This document shows, piece by piece, positions 51,990-63,760 of a stretch of 64,000 nucleotides of DNA. Both the position numbers and the translations under genes were made by a program. Position 1 is the first letter of the stretch. Every line of letters starts with the position of its first letter. The notes below the pieces were generated by a model. It searched no databases, was not told the origin of the DNA, and saw nothing but the letters and a program-made list of their open reading frames with translations. The DNA comes from Lingula anatina (taxonomy: Eukaryota > Animalia > Brachiopoda), in NCBI GenBank assembly GCA_051362555.1, contig CM120649.1:8618001-8682000 (forward strand), written 5' to 3'.

Positions 51990-53030
51990 TTATTTTTCAA
52001 CATAGTCTCCTTGAGTATCTATACACTTTTGCCAGCGAGTTTTGAGAGCCTCTATGCCACTTTTATAGAAGCCCTTCGCTTGGCCGTTCAGAAACCCCTC
52101 CACTTCACGTATGATGTCATCATCTGACACAAAGTGAGTACCTGAAATGGCCTTTTTCAATTCGGGAAATAGATAATAGTCAGAGGGAGCAAGATCAGGC
52201 GAATAAGGTGGATGTTCTATCAGTTCAAAGCCACACTCGTTGATTGCAGCCATGGCAGTGACAGACTTGTGAGCAGGGCCATTGTCCTAGAGGAACAGAA
52301 CACCTTTCCAGAGCTTTCTGCGGCGTTTGAGCTTTATATTTTCTCTTGATTGTCTTAGAAGAGATGCATAATATCTGCCATTGATTGTTTGCCCCTTCTG
52401 AAGATAATCTACCATAAGGATGCCCGTGGCATCCTAGAAAACTGGGGCCATAACCTTCCCAGCTGATGGAACAGTCTTTGCCTTCTTTGGCAGGGTGAGC
52501 CAGGGTGCTCCCATTGTTTAGACTGTTGTTTAGTCTCTGGTGTGAAGTGATGGACCCAAGTTTCATCCATAGTCACAAACCTCTGCAGAAAATTATCGGG
52601 ATCTGCCTCTAAAAGGTTCAGGTTGGCAAAGTCCGCCTGATGTGTTTCTGATCAACTGTCAGAAGTCTTGGTACCCATCGTGCTGAAAGCTTTTTCATTT
52701 CAAGATCTTCCGTAAGAATGGAATGTACTCTTTCCTGTGAAATGCCAGTTTTACTGGCTACATATCTTTCTGTAACACGCCTGTCGGTCATCACAATATT
52801 ATGGACTTTACTGACCATTTCTGGGGTGGCAACTGTGACAGGCCTCCCAGGGCGGGCGTCGTCCTCAATGCTCTCTCTTCCACGCTTAAATTCGGCCACC
52901 CACCTTTTAACTGTGGCATATGAAGGGGCATCATTCCCTAGTGTTGCTACCATATCAGTATGGATATCCTTTGGTGTTAGACCTTTCTAATGCAAATATT
53001 AATAACTGCTCTTTCAGAGTGTTTGTCCAT
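51990..53030 (-). pseudogene. Mariner (DD34D-type) transposase, frameshifted
   Basis: WVPRLL, TMDETWVHH and HPPYSPDLAPSDY motifs spread over ORFs 52618-52953 and 51990-52253 and the frames between; stops and frameshifts present. Confidence 0.93.
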
Positions 53031-53943
53031 TTTGCAAAAGTCACTTGCCACCCCTGTGAAGTTGATTCCTGGTTCCTTATTCCTTATTCGGTTACTTATT
53101 CAAATGTGAAGTTGGTTACTTATTCCCGGTTCCTTATTCGGTTACTTATTCAACTTTTTTATGTTTTTTTATGATTTTGATGCTAAAATACCTGTTTCAT
53201 CATACTAGCACCCCCTCTTCATCTAGATGACACCCTAAAATTGTTAAATATACCACTAAAAACACAAAATATAACCCATTCCTTATTCAAAAGTCCTGTT
53301 ACTTATTCGGTTACTTAATTATTCCTTATTCGGTTACTTATTCCTTATTCGGTTACTTATTCAACTTTTTTATGTTTTTTTATGATTTTGATGCTAAAAT
53401 ACCTGTTTCATCATACTAGCACCCCCTCTTCATCTAGATGACACCCTAAATTGTTAAATATACCAATAAAAACACAAAATATAACCCATTCCTTATTCAA
53501 AAGTCCTGTTACTTATTCGGTTACTTATTCCTTATTCGGTTACTTTTTTCCAAGGAGCTTAGGCTCTGACGTCATTGTGACAATGATCATCCGTGGACTT
53601 GCTGCCTGCTGATTGGTACACTATGACATGATTCCCATTTAAATCCATAAAATATGAGATCAAAAAAGCACTTAAAGACTAACTATATAAATCCAATGAT
53701 GCCCATTTTTACTATGACGCCAGAGCCCAAACCTCACTTTGAAAGGGGATTCCCCACCCACATGACTAACTATAAACCCACAATAAAATCCAAAAGACAA
53801 AAGGAGATGAATTTAGGAAATTCTTTGTAATTCAACTTCAGGTTGATTAACAGTATTTTGAAGAGACAAGAATATACAAGCAGTAGATGAATTAGAAGGG
53901 TGTGAGAAATTAAGTGTATAAACTGCAAATAAGGCTATGTTAC

Positions 53944-56900
53944 TGTCGTAGTTTTTCTGTTGTTATGTAACTCAAGTTAACATTTTTTTAATAACTCATT
54001 TATTACATAACACATCCAGCCATGCTGGCTAACTGGTAGAGAAGAAACAATGCATTATGGGAGATATGTTAATTACATTATAATATGCAACATCTCCCTT
54101 TTTTTTTTAATAAAAATAAATCCTGGAATTTTTTTTTTTTTTTTTTAAGTTGCTAATAAACATAATCAGTTCACTGTCCGTGTTGTCTTTGTCTCCAAGA
54201 CATTTCAATGTTCACAGTTCATAGGCACATGTAAATGTTTTTTGTTTTAACACAAAAGTCAACAGAATCTCAAGTCCAGAGTTCATAAATGAAACAATTA
54301 TGATTAAGCTTATTCAAATTACAGTCAATTTGTGACACTTTCACAACTGACTTGTTACAGTCACTATTACTGAATTTATTCATAAGTTCAGTCTCTCTGG
54401 AGGTTTAATGTTCCTGCTTGATCTGCGTAAGGGTTGAGATCGAGGTGTTTCACATTTTGTAACAGTCTCTGTGTTTGTAATGTCAACAAGAGGTTCATCA
54501 GTTTCCTCAATCTCATTGTTTCTGAAATCAAAATGTTCTTTTGTCTTATGAATGTGTTTCCTGTTGCGTCGGTAATTTCCACCATTGGATTCCACATAAT
54601 AAGATCTGGGTTTGTCTGATACAGTTTTAACTTTGGCAGGTTGCCATGTATTATTCTGAGTGTCATACATGCGAACAAATTCTCCTTCATGTAAAGGTTC
54701 AAGTGGTTTGACATGCTGATCATAGTGTGTTTTACTTGCGTTCTGTCTCTTCTGTAATGCTACATTGTAGTCGGAGTTCAACTGTGACTGTCCAGCGGGA
54801 ATATTTGTTTTATACTTCCGGTTATTCAATAACTCACAAGGCGCTGGTAGGTTGTGATCAATGGGTGTTGTGCGAAGACATAACATGGATAGGTGGGGAT
54901 CTGAATTTGATTCCCATGCTTTCTGAAATAGACTTTTAACAGTCTGTACCATTCGTTCTATGAATCCATTTGACTGCGGATACATAGGTGAGGATGTAAT
55001 GTGCGTAAATCCCCAAGTGTTTGCGAAGTTTTTGAATCCTTCTGATGAAAACTGAGGTCCATTGTCAGTTTTAAGAATCTCAGGAATGCCATGCTCCTCG
55101 AATATGCTCTTTAAGTGTGCAATTACACTGCCTGATGATGTACTTGGAAGTTTCCGCACTAAGGGATATTTGCTGTACTGGTCAGCAACTAATAAGTAGT
55201 CAGTTTGTCTCCAATAAAACAAATCTGCTGCTAATGTGTGCCATGCGCGGGGAGGTACATCTGCTGGCAATAAGGGTTCCTTACTGTTGGCAGCTTGGTG
55301 TTTCTGGCAAGGTGGACACAGTCCGACTGTGTGCTCAATATCATTATTCATGCCAGGCCAGAATACAGACGATTTTGCACGTAGCTTACATTTCTCCACT
55401 CCCTGGTGGGCATAATGTAGCTGTTTAAGTAGGTCAGGGCGAAGTACTGTAGGAATAATCATCCTATTCCCCTTTATTATGATTCCATCTGCGATGCCTA
55501 ACTCATCACGGTAGTTCCAGTATGGGTGAAGAATTTCTGGACACTCGCTGCGTGTAGCTGGCCATCCTACAGAAATCATTTCACGAAGAGCTGCTAGCTT
55601 TGGTTCCTTACTAGTTTCCTCGCGAATTTGCTCAATGCGTGTTGGACTTGCGTTCATGTACGAGTGTAATTCATGTACTGTAATGTCAAGTCCTTTGATG
55701 TCGTCACCATCACAAGGTTTCATGCGAGAGAGGGCATCAGCTAGTCCTATGTTTTTGCCTGGGACATACACAATCTCTGTGTCATAACACTGCGTTCTCA
55801 GCAACATGCGGGTCAGACGCGGTGGTGCATTGTGTAGGTGCTTCTTGAAAATGGCTTCTAGAGGCTTATGGTCAGTCTCTACTTTAACATGTCTACCATA
55901 GACATAATGGTGAAACTTTTCAAGACCAAACACTACTGCTAACATCTCGCGTTCAATGTTTGAGTAACGTGACTCTGTTTCTGTGAGTGCTTTGCTAGCA
56001 TATGCAACTGGGCCTTTATCCTGGATTAAGGCAGCTCCTAATCCATAAGATGAAGCGTCAACTTGGAGTGTAAGTGACTTGCTACTGTCGTAGAATTGTA
56101 GGTTGGTTGCATTTGCTATTTCTCTTTTAATCTCGTTGAATGCAATACTGTGTTCAGCATTCCACTGAAAAACACTATCCTTCTTGCACAGGTCTCTGAG
56201 ACTGGCTGTAAGTTGAGACATATGGGGAATGTATCTGCTTAGATAATTTGTCATCCCAAGGAATGTTTGTAGCTTGGATACATTTCTCGGCTCATTCATT
56301 ACATTAATGGCTTCTACCTTTGCTGGGTCTGGTTTTAGCCCGTCTTTTCCTATAATATGACCGAAGAATGGAATTTCCTCCTTTCTAAGAATCATCTTGT
56401 CTTCATTAAAGCGTATCCCCTTTCTTCTGGCTGTATCTAATACTACGCGCAGAGTCGCATCGTGGTCAGATCCGTCTTCTTGCCAACCTGCTATGATGAG
56501 GTCGTCGGCGATTCCGGTACACCCTGGAATGTCTTTGAATACTTCTTCAATCTTGGCCTGGAAGACGTCTTGAGATAGCGAGAGGCCAAAGGGTAGTCTG
56601 TTGTATCTAAATCTTCCGAAGGGCGTATTGAAGGTAGTCAGAAGAGAACTTTCTTCATCTAACGTGATATTCCAATACCCACTCCGAAGGTCAAGTATAC
56701 TGAAATAACGTGCGCCACTCAGTTGAGGTAGGATGTCATCCAGTGTTGGTGTGTAGTGGTGTGGACGTCTAATTGCCGTATTTAAGTCTTTTGGATCCAG
56801 GCAGAGACGTATTTTTCCATTGGGTTTGGTAACACATACACATGAGTTTACCCATTTCGTTGGTTGTGTGACAGGTGACAGGATCCCTTGCTCAACGAGA

Positions 56901-58569
56901 GAGTCCAACTCCTCCTTGAGTGCTGGCTGCAATGCAATAGGTACACGCCGTGGTGGGTGAACAACAGGAGAAACAGTGGGGTCAATATTTATGTGATATT
57001 CCCCATCCAATTTCCCGATACCTTCAAAGATATCCTTATACTCTGATAGTATGGACTGTCTTGTCACTGTATTTATGTTCAGAGTAACAAGTCCCAGTTT
57101 CTGACTGGTTTCCATTCCTAGTATAACTGGTCCTTCACAGTCCACAATATAACTGTCTGAGGTCACCATGACCTTGTCATTTGTGAATGTCAATGTTGCT
57201 ATTCCACATACTGGTAACTTACTGCCACCATATGCAGTAATCGTGTCATTTGTAGGCTTTAGTGGTTGCTTAATTGCAAGTTTTTTGAAAGAAGACAGTG
57301 GTATTACATTTCCCTCAGCACCAGTGTCTATTTTGCAACATAATGTTGAAGTAGAGTTCCCAACTTTAACTTCAATGTCAGCAAATGGCTTAACTGAGGA
57401 CTGTTTTGACTGAATACTATCTACATATATAGAGTCAAAGTATACACTGCTACTGTCACTTTCATTTGCTACTGAATGCACAGTTTTACTATGGGTCGAT
57501 GCAGTTACTGTTTTTGTTCTACATACCCTTTTCCAGTGATCTGGCTTGCCACATTTGAGACAAATTGTACCTTTAGCTGGGCACTGTTGAAAAACATGTT
57601 CAGTTCCACACTTACCACATTCTTGCAGTGGCTGTCGTGAGCGTTGTTTGTTTGGTACCTTTGATTGAGTTTGCTGGCGAGGAGTGCGAGGTTGTGGCTG
57701 TCTGTAACGCGGTCTCCCTCTTTGACTGTTTCCACTTGGCCGTAGTGCATGAATTTCCTTTGCTGCTGTACTGTGAAGATCCTCAATCTGTTTCTTAGTT
57801 GCTTCCTCTGTTCGTGCAATAACAAGAGCCTGATCTAGAGTCAAATCGTCCTCTCTTTGTAATAATTTCGCCTGAATTCTCTCCGAGTTAGTGCCAAAAA
57901 TGAGAGTGTCAATTATGTGTTGATCAACATCGGTATATTTGCATTCATTTGCCACGAGTCTGATTCGTCTGACAAAAGAATCAATGCTCTCACCTGCTTC
58001 TTGTCTGCATGCTCTAAGTTTAAATCTCTGAATTCGAAAGTTACTCTTGGGCTTCGTGTATTCTTCCAATTTTTGCCAATACGAGGTCAACACGTCTGGA
58101 TCATCAATGTTAAAAGTTTTCACAATTTCGCGGCCTTTTTCTCCGATCCAAAGGAGAAGAAATTTCACTTGTCTTTCCTCTGACACAGCATCTAAAGGTC
58201 CTTGGAATATCAATTCACACTTTTCCTTGAAAAGTTTGAACGTACGCGGTAAGTCCATGGATTCCCAGTCCATGTGAGGCGGTTGTATCCCATACATGTG
58301 CTCCATTTTTTTTTTCCTTTTTTTTTTTAGTGATTCTAAATCCGTTTTTATCTTGTAGTTTGTGGGTCATCCGATCTCCAAATCATGCTACATCCAATGT
58401 AGATCCCGATTCTGACACCATGTCGTAGTTTTTCTGTTGTTATGTAACTCAAGTTAACATTTTTTTAATAACTCATTTATTACATAACACATCCAGCCAT
58501 GCTGGCTAACTGGTAGAGAAGAAACAATGCATTATGGGAGATATGTTAATTACATTATAATATGCAACA
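53944..58569 (-). mobile_element. Full-length Ty3/Gypsy (Mag-like) LTR retrotransposon
   Basis: 149-bp LTRs (53944-54092, 58421-58569), TG..CA, identical by eye; 5-bp TSD GTTAC; PBS TGGTGTCAGAA (tRNA-Leu-like) at about 58404-58420; PPT at 54093-54108. Confidence 0.97.
54380..58306 (-). CDS. Gag-Pol polyprotein, 1308 aa, uninterrupted
   Basis: Two zinc knuckles (CGKCGTEH..C, CLKCGKPDH..C), protease DTGA, RT LPFGL/IADD, RNase H DAS, integrase HHCC plus D,D35E, in Gypsy order. Confidence 0.97.
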   Translation of the reverse strand: MEHMYGIQPPHMDWESMDLPRTFKLFKEKCELIFQGPLDAVSEERQVKFLLLWIGEKGREIVKTFNIDDPDVLTSYWQKLEEYTKPKSNFRIQRFKLRACRQEAGESIDSFVRRIRLVANECKYTDVDQHIIDTLIFGTNSERIQAKLLQREDDLTLDQALVIARTEEATKKQIEDLHSTAAKEIHALRPSGNSQRGRPRYRQPQPRTPRQQTQSKVPNKQRSRQPLQECGKCGTEHVFQQCPAKGTICLKCGKPDHWKRVCRTKTVTASTHSKTVHSVANESDSSSVYFDSIYVDSIQSKQSSVKPFADIEVKVGNSTSTLCCKIDTGAEGNVIPLSSFKKLAIKQPLKPTNDTITAYGGSKLPVCGIATLTFTNDKVMVTSDSYIVDCEGPVILGMETSQKLGLVTLNINTVTRQSILSEYKDIFEGIGKLDGEYHINIDPTVSPVVHPPRRVPIALQPALKEELDSLVEQGILSPVTQPTKWVNSCVCVTKPNGKIRLCLDPKDLNTAIRRPHHYTPTLDDILPQLSGARYFSILDLRSGYWNITLDEESSLLTTFNTPFGRFRYNRLPFGLSLSQDVFQAKIEEVFKDIPGCTGIADDLIIAGWQEDGSDHDATLRVVLDTARRKGIRFNEDKMILRKEEIPFFGHIIGKDGLKPDPAKVEAINVMNEPRNVSKLQTFLGMTNYLSRYIPHMSQLTASLRDLCKKDSVFQWNAEHSIAFNEIKREIANATNLQFYDSSKSLTLQVDASSYGLGAALIQDKGPVAYASKALTETESRYSNIEREMLAVVFGLEKFHHYVYGRHVKVETDHKPLEAIFKKHLHNAPPRLTRMLLRTQCYDTEIVYVPGKNIGLADALSRMKPCDGDDIKGLDITVHELHSYMNASPTRIEQIREETSKEPKLAALREMISVGWPATRSECPEILHPYWNYRDELGIADGIIIKGNRMIIPTVLRPDLLKQLHYAHQGVEKCKLRAKSSVFWPGMNNDIEHTVGLCPPCQKHQAANSKEPLLPADVPPRAWHTLAADLFYWRQTDYLLVADQYSKYPLVRKLPSTSSGSVIAHLKSIFEEHGIPEILKTDNGPQFSSEGFKNFANTWGFTHITSSPMYPQSNGFIERMVQTVKSLFQKAWESNSDPHLSMLCLRTTPIDHNLPAPCELLNNRKYKTNIPAGQSQLNSDYNVALQKRQNASKTHYDQHVKPLEPLHEGEFVRMYDTQNNTWQPAKVKTVSDKPRSYYVESNGGNYRRNRKHIHKTKEHFDFRNNEIEETDEPLVDITNTETVTKCETPRSQPLRRSSRNIKPPERLNL

Positions 58570-60221
58570 GTTACAATAGTAAAATTGATAAATAAACAGT
58601 ATTTAATCAAGGGAAGACATAAAACCGGTTTTAATTATTGATTTAAACGGAAATTGATGGCAGGTGACTATGAAAGGAGAGGTAGTATAAACCTGTTGAT
58701 GATTAAATTAACTAGGCTATAGTCTGTTTGACGAAACCTTGCTGTCTTTAGAAGCGCAACACTCTATATGAATGTATTCATAAGTTCAAAATTCTAGCAT
58801 CAAAATCATAAAACAACATAAAAAAGTTGAATAAGTAACCGAATAAGGAATAAGTAACCGAATAAGTAACAGGACTTTTGAATAAGGAATGGGTTATATT
58901 TTGTGTTTTTAGTGGTATATTTAACAATTTTAGGGTGTCATCTAGATGAAGAGGGGGTGCTAGTATGATGAAACAGGTATTTTAGCATCAAAATCATAAA
59001 AAACATAAAAAAGTTGAATAAGTAACCGAATAAGGAATAAGTAACCGAATAAGTAACAGGACTTTTGAATAAGGAATGGGTTATATTTTGTGTTTTTATT
59101 GGTATATTTAACAATTTTAGGGTGTCATCTAGATGAAGAGGGGGTGCTAGTATGATGAAACAGGTATTCTAGCATCAAAATCATAAAAAAAACATAAAAA
59201 AGTTGAATAAGTAACCGAATAAGGAATAAGTAACCGAATAAGGAATAAGTAACCGAATAAGTAACAGGACTTTTGAATAAGGAATGGGTTATATTTTGTG
59301 TTTTTATTGGTATATTTAACAATTTTAGGGTGTCATCTAGATGAAGAGGGGGTGCTAGTATGATGAAACAGGTATTCTAGCATCAAAATCATAAAAAAAC
59401 ATAAAAAAGTTGAATAAGTAACCGAATAAGGAACCGGGAATAAGTAACCAACTTCACATTTGAATAAGTAACCGAATAAGGAATAAGGAACCAGGAATCA
59501 ACTTCACCGGGGTTCACTTGCCTTGCTTATTTGAAAGTGCTACCTCGTCGACATAAACTAACCAAATGACACCAAACTTCGGCTACACACCTTTAAATAG
59601 TCAGGGAATAGAAGAGCTGAAAAGGGATATCCCTGCTTAACCCCTTCCACACGAGGCTCACTACTTATCAATCAACCCTCGTATCTCTTATAAAATCCAC
59701 AAGATAAAGAACGATTTCTTTCCAGAAATAATTGGTCATGTTTTCTGCACACCTAACCAAGTAGAAGTCTCCCTGATCAATAAGTCGATTTATATTAATG
59801 TTTTGTGTATCTATCATAAGTCTAACCCAATCTGTTTCATTTAATTGTCATTGGTTTCCTTATCCAAGTTAATTTTAAGCTTTTTATAAATGTTTGTATG
59901 TCAATCATTTGACAGCCTCCACATTCTATTGGTTGAATAAGCACCTTCCTAGCTATCCTATCCCTTTTATTGTTCCAAATAAATTTAAAAAACACGTCTT
60001 CCAATCTTTTTATCGTATCATCTTTTGTTAATTCACAGGGCAATTAAGTGTGGTGGGGTAAAAGGAACACAATATCCCACAGGTCCTGCGGTCTACTGGC
60101 TTAAAATTTAAAATGGGTGATTATTGGAAGATGGACAGCAAAAACATTTTCATTATTAATTTACTCATATGATTTCAGAAATAGAACAATCACGCCCGCC
60201 CAATCACACACACTCTATTAT

Positions 60222-60261
60222 TACACACACACACACACACACATATGTACACACATACTAT

Positions 60262-60306
<45 letters not shown>

Positions 60307-60318
60307 CACACACACACT
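60222..60318. repeat. (CA)n microsatellite
   Basis: Directly visible. Confidence 0.9.
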
Positions 60319-60963
60319 ATTATTTTAACAAATCTACGTTAACAAACTTTTAGTTTTTAAACATGTTGAAACTTTTATTAACAATAAAAACAAACAATAC
60401 CAGACAAGATGTCGCTTACTGCATGTTAAAACTAAAATTTTTAACTACAATTGTGCACACATACATGTTTTGTAATGTATTCTGGTCTTGTATATTTTTA
60501 TTAAACATACAGATAGTTAGTTCCGTAGGTTATAAGGGGGGACACTAGTGCACCCCATATATACGATTTGGGTTTTGTGTCCAGACCCTTATAGCACACC
60601 CCATGCAACATTGCTCCATAATATGCCTTGGTTGCTAGCAGCCGTGTGGTCATCCGCCGTGCAGTTGCTATTAAACGTCACACACAGAATATTTAAAGAG
60701 GCCATCGTTTCCATAGGATATCGACCTGAGACCCGGGAAGATTTTTTTTGACTAAATTTCATTCTCCAGCACAGGGAGCAGTCATGACAGATATTAATCA
60801 GCACTTGAAGTCCAGTCACAGTTGTAGAAAAATTTGTTAAATCGTCAGCATAGGTTAATATTACCTATTATTATTATTATTATTATTATTATATTATGTA
60901 AGTTATTTCTGATTAAAACACCAGCGTGCCCGCAGTGGTACAGGGCACACTGGGGAGGATTAT

Positions 60964-61131
60964 CAGGGGCGGACCCAAGATATTTTCTGACTGTCTTCCA
61001 AATTATCTTTGTTGATTTATCCTTCATTTTTGACCGTCTTCCAACAGAAAAAAATTAGATACCCATCAATGTAAACTTGAAAATCTGACCGTCTTCCGGA
61101 AGACCCAGAAGACGGCCTAAATCCGCCCCTG
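60964..61131. mobile_element. hAT-like MITE with 5-bp TSD (ATTAT), inserted in a LINE
   Basis: ATTAT-CAGGGGCGGA ... TCCGCCCCTG-ATTAT. Confidence 0.8.
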
Positions 61132-62200
61132 ATTATAGACTCAATGAGTTTAGAGTATGTAGTGCTGATGGTGATTGGCTGGTAGTTCTCTGGATGGTTT
61201 GGGTTTAGTCCAAGCTTTTTCAGCATGGGGATTAACACCCCCTCTGCAAAGGTGACCTGGACAATATTGTAACGCAGAATAATGCAGAATAGCGAAAAGA
61301 TCACATAACACGTCGCTTTTAGCAAAGGCAATATGTTCGGCAGTTATGCCATCGATGCCTGGAGAACAATTTCTTTTCAGGCTATCCATAACTTGTTGAG
61401 TAGTGACTGTTATATTAGTTTGAGAACCAAGTAATGATTTGTAACACATCTCAACAACCTAAGAGATGTAAGCTTGCTCTGAGGTCAGGTCCTTGCTGCC
61501 CGTCATAATCCCTTTATGAAATTCGGCAAATTGAGTAGCAGTTAAGTTCAAGTTTGGCTTTACAGAGTCCCTCCTCCTAAGCTTTTTCCACAGCCTATTT
61601 TTGTTCCTGGTATAAAATAGATTCTTCATTTCATTTATTTCAGAGTTAATTGTGTTTTGGGAATACTAGCAACAGAAGTTTCTGCAGTCATAAATTACGC
61701 CTTTCTGAGGGTGGCCATTTGATGTCCAGATTTTGCCACCAGAGTTTTTTCTTTACTTGCAATTGACTCAAGTGTGGGCACCACCAATGCTAGAATGAAG
61801 ATTTATTGTGTACTGAGCAACAAGCCTCTCTAGCTGCTTCATGGCAAATGTTGCTTAGGCTGGTCATTGCTCCGTTGATCTCGTTTTTTATTTTATCGGG
61901 CTGTAGCAATTCAAACGCCTGCAACTTTACATATTATTATATATTTTTAGGCTGCGCTGTAAGTCCATGATTAAGAAGACATTTCCTCTGATTGGCCAGT
62001 GGTAGCCATGAAGGCTTCTGGAGAATAACTGTTTTCCACCTGTATTTAGAAAAGACTTCGAATTCCTAGAAAAAGAGGAGGTAGGCTGAAAGGGATCATG
62101 CAATAGCAGAGATGAGAAAACCATGTGATTAACAGAAAAAGTGGAAGCTATTGGCATATACAAAATTGCATAATGTCACTGTAAGACAAATAACTCCTCA
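61132..62200 (-). pseudogene. Decayed non-LTR retrotransposon ORF2 fragment (RT N-terminus, possible endonuclease remnant)
   Basis: SPGIDGITAEH..GVLIPMLKK..NYQPITISTTYSKLIE are RT domain 0-1 motifs; frameshifted. Confidence 0.85.
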
Positions 62201-62885
62201 CTGTCAGCTAAACATTTTTAAATATTAGTGTATAGAAATGAGATCTTTCAGAAAAATTGTGAAAAAGTTATTCCATTTATTGACTGAGGCAGTTGATAAT
62301 GATTTATTTTGTAAAACTAAACATTAAATAAATTGTTGGATAATTTGCCCAAATCAGCGACTTATTTAAATGAAAACAGTTATTAATTTCAAAAATTATA
62401 AAATCTGTAGGTATGATTATGTGGATATAAAGAAAGGTTGTGTGATGATCCTCTTTAATACAGAGTTCAAAGACCTAGATGATGTCAACACTGGATAGGT
62501 GTTTATGCAGGTGAGTCATGAGTTTGCAAAAACAATAAGCATTGCCCTCTTTTTTATCACTTCAAAATTAGTTTAGATGAATTCCTGCTTTAAAATGGCA
62601 ACTCCATTGCACATCTTAAATTGTTTTTATAGTTATAGAAAAAGATCCAAAGAACAGCTTAACTTCTGAGATATTACCATAATTGATTCCACTATTTCTA
62701 AATGATATACAATTATTTTTAGTTCATAACACAATTGTTAGAAGTCTATGCCTTTTTTTAAATTGTAAATATACACCCTCAGATAAAACTAACACTTAGT
62801 CTAATAACTTCATTTTTAATATTTATTCACTTAAACCTCTCTCCATAGAACACCCCAAACTTTTTTTATTGTCATGGCCTTTTTT

Positions 62886-63079
62886 ATTGTCAAGGTACCC
62901 CAGATAGGAACATGTACTGGTACAGGCATGTTATGTCATATATTGTCATAGTCATATTGTCAAGGTACCCCAGATAGGTACATGTACTGGTACAGGCATG
63001 TTATGTCATATATTGTCATGGTCATATTGTCAAGGTACCCCAGATAGGTACATGTACTGGTACAGGCATGTCATGTCAT
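62886..63079. repeat. 70-bp tandem repeat, about 3 copies
   Basis: ATTGTCAAGGTACCCCAGATAGG..ACAGGCATG at 62886, 62956 and 63026. Confidence 0.92.
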
Positions 63080-63183
63080 TTAGAAAAGTGATGTGGTCCT
63101 AGGGACCATTCCCAGACCCTATTGTACTAACTGTGAATCGATCTATCTCCAAGGGGATTCTCACTAAATTGCAATCAACTTAA

Positions 63184-63760
63184 GGGACGGATGTACCCAA
63201 ATATAGCTAAAAATAGTCATTTTTGGTTTTTAATGTCTAATTATTGGTTAAATGTGTATCTAACGTTTAACAGAATAAAATTTTTACATTTTGAACCAAA
63301 AATATGTTTTTTTCTGAGGATTCTGATGCTGCACACATCAGCACCGGTGGCCTGGTCTATGCCCCGCCTTCGTTGTCAACGGCCGTTGGCATGGGTAAAC
63401 TCGGTGGGCGGACCTTAGCAGCATCAGCAAGTCTAGGGAAACAATAGAACAGGGATGTGCCATGCCCCCTTTGTCATAAACAGCGATCGGCAAAGCAGTG
63501 CCTATTGTTCCACTTAAGCTGTTTTGAAAGTCGCTCTTGATTGTGATCAGCGCTAAGATGAATCTTTTCCGACACATTGGATTTGCTCGAAATACGCGTT
63601 CTCCCTTGAATATTGCTTGTCACACGCGCTCTTTCCATTTTCTTGTGAACTTTTTGAGATATGCAAAAGAAAAGAAGAAAATTCCGTTGCTTGCTACCCG
63701 TGACAACAATCGTCATACTTTCTATCCATTATCGACAACAGCTTGATGCAGTTGTTAGAT
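63184..63760 (-). mobile_element. Possible Kolobok-like element end with a decayed THAP domain
   Basis: Begins GGGACGG directly after TTAA, interrupting a foldback MITE. The minus strand reads GIFFFSFAYLKKFTRKWKERV*..MCRKRF..TALP, which is THAP-like. The other end is not seen. Confidence 0.35.

Larger units (their letters stand above)
53050..59513. mobile_element. Foldback element with long modular TIRs and 9-bp TSD (Mutator/FB-like)
   Basis: TSD TCACTTGCC at 53041-53049 and 59514-59522. Arms at about 53050-53545 and 58790-59513 are inverted copies built from ~200-bp units and (TTATTCCTTATTCGGTTAC) subrepeats. Confidence 0.9.
51925..59681 (-). mobile_element. Mariner element, TA TSD, interrupted by a foldback and a Gypsy insertion
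   Basis: TA-CGAGGGTTGATTGATAAGTAGTGAGCCTC ... GAGGCTCACTACTTATCAATCAACCCTCG-TA. Confidence 0.95.
48325..60043 (-). mobile_element. 5'-truncated L1/Tx1-type non-LTR retrotransposon, split into 48325-49224, 51781-51924 and 59682-60043
   Basis: FFKFIWNNKRDRIARKVLIQPIECGGCQMIDI..SLKLTWIRK (post-RT Tx1 motif); C-terminal CSFCEKENESIERVLFYC zinc-knuckle remnant; sequence is continuous once the inserts are removed. Confidence 0.85.

Noticed and set aside
54388-58277. Short ORFs overlapping gag-pol in other frames or strands
   Set aside because: Shadow ORFs of the Gypsy polyprotein; no env-like or other signature.
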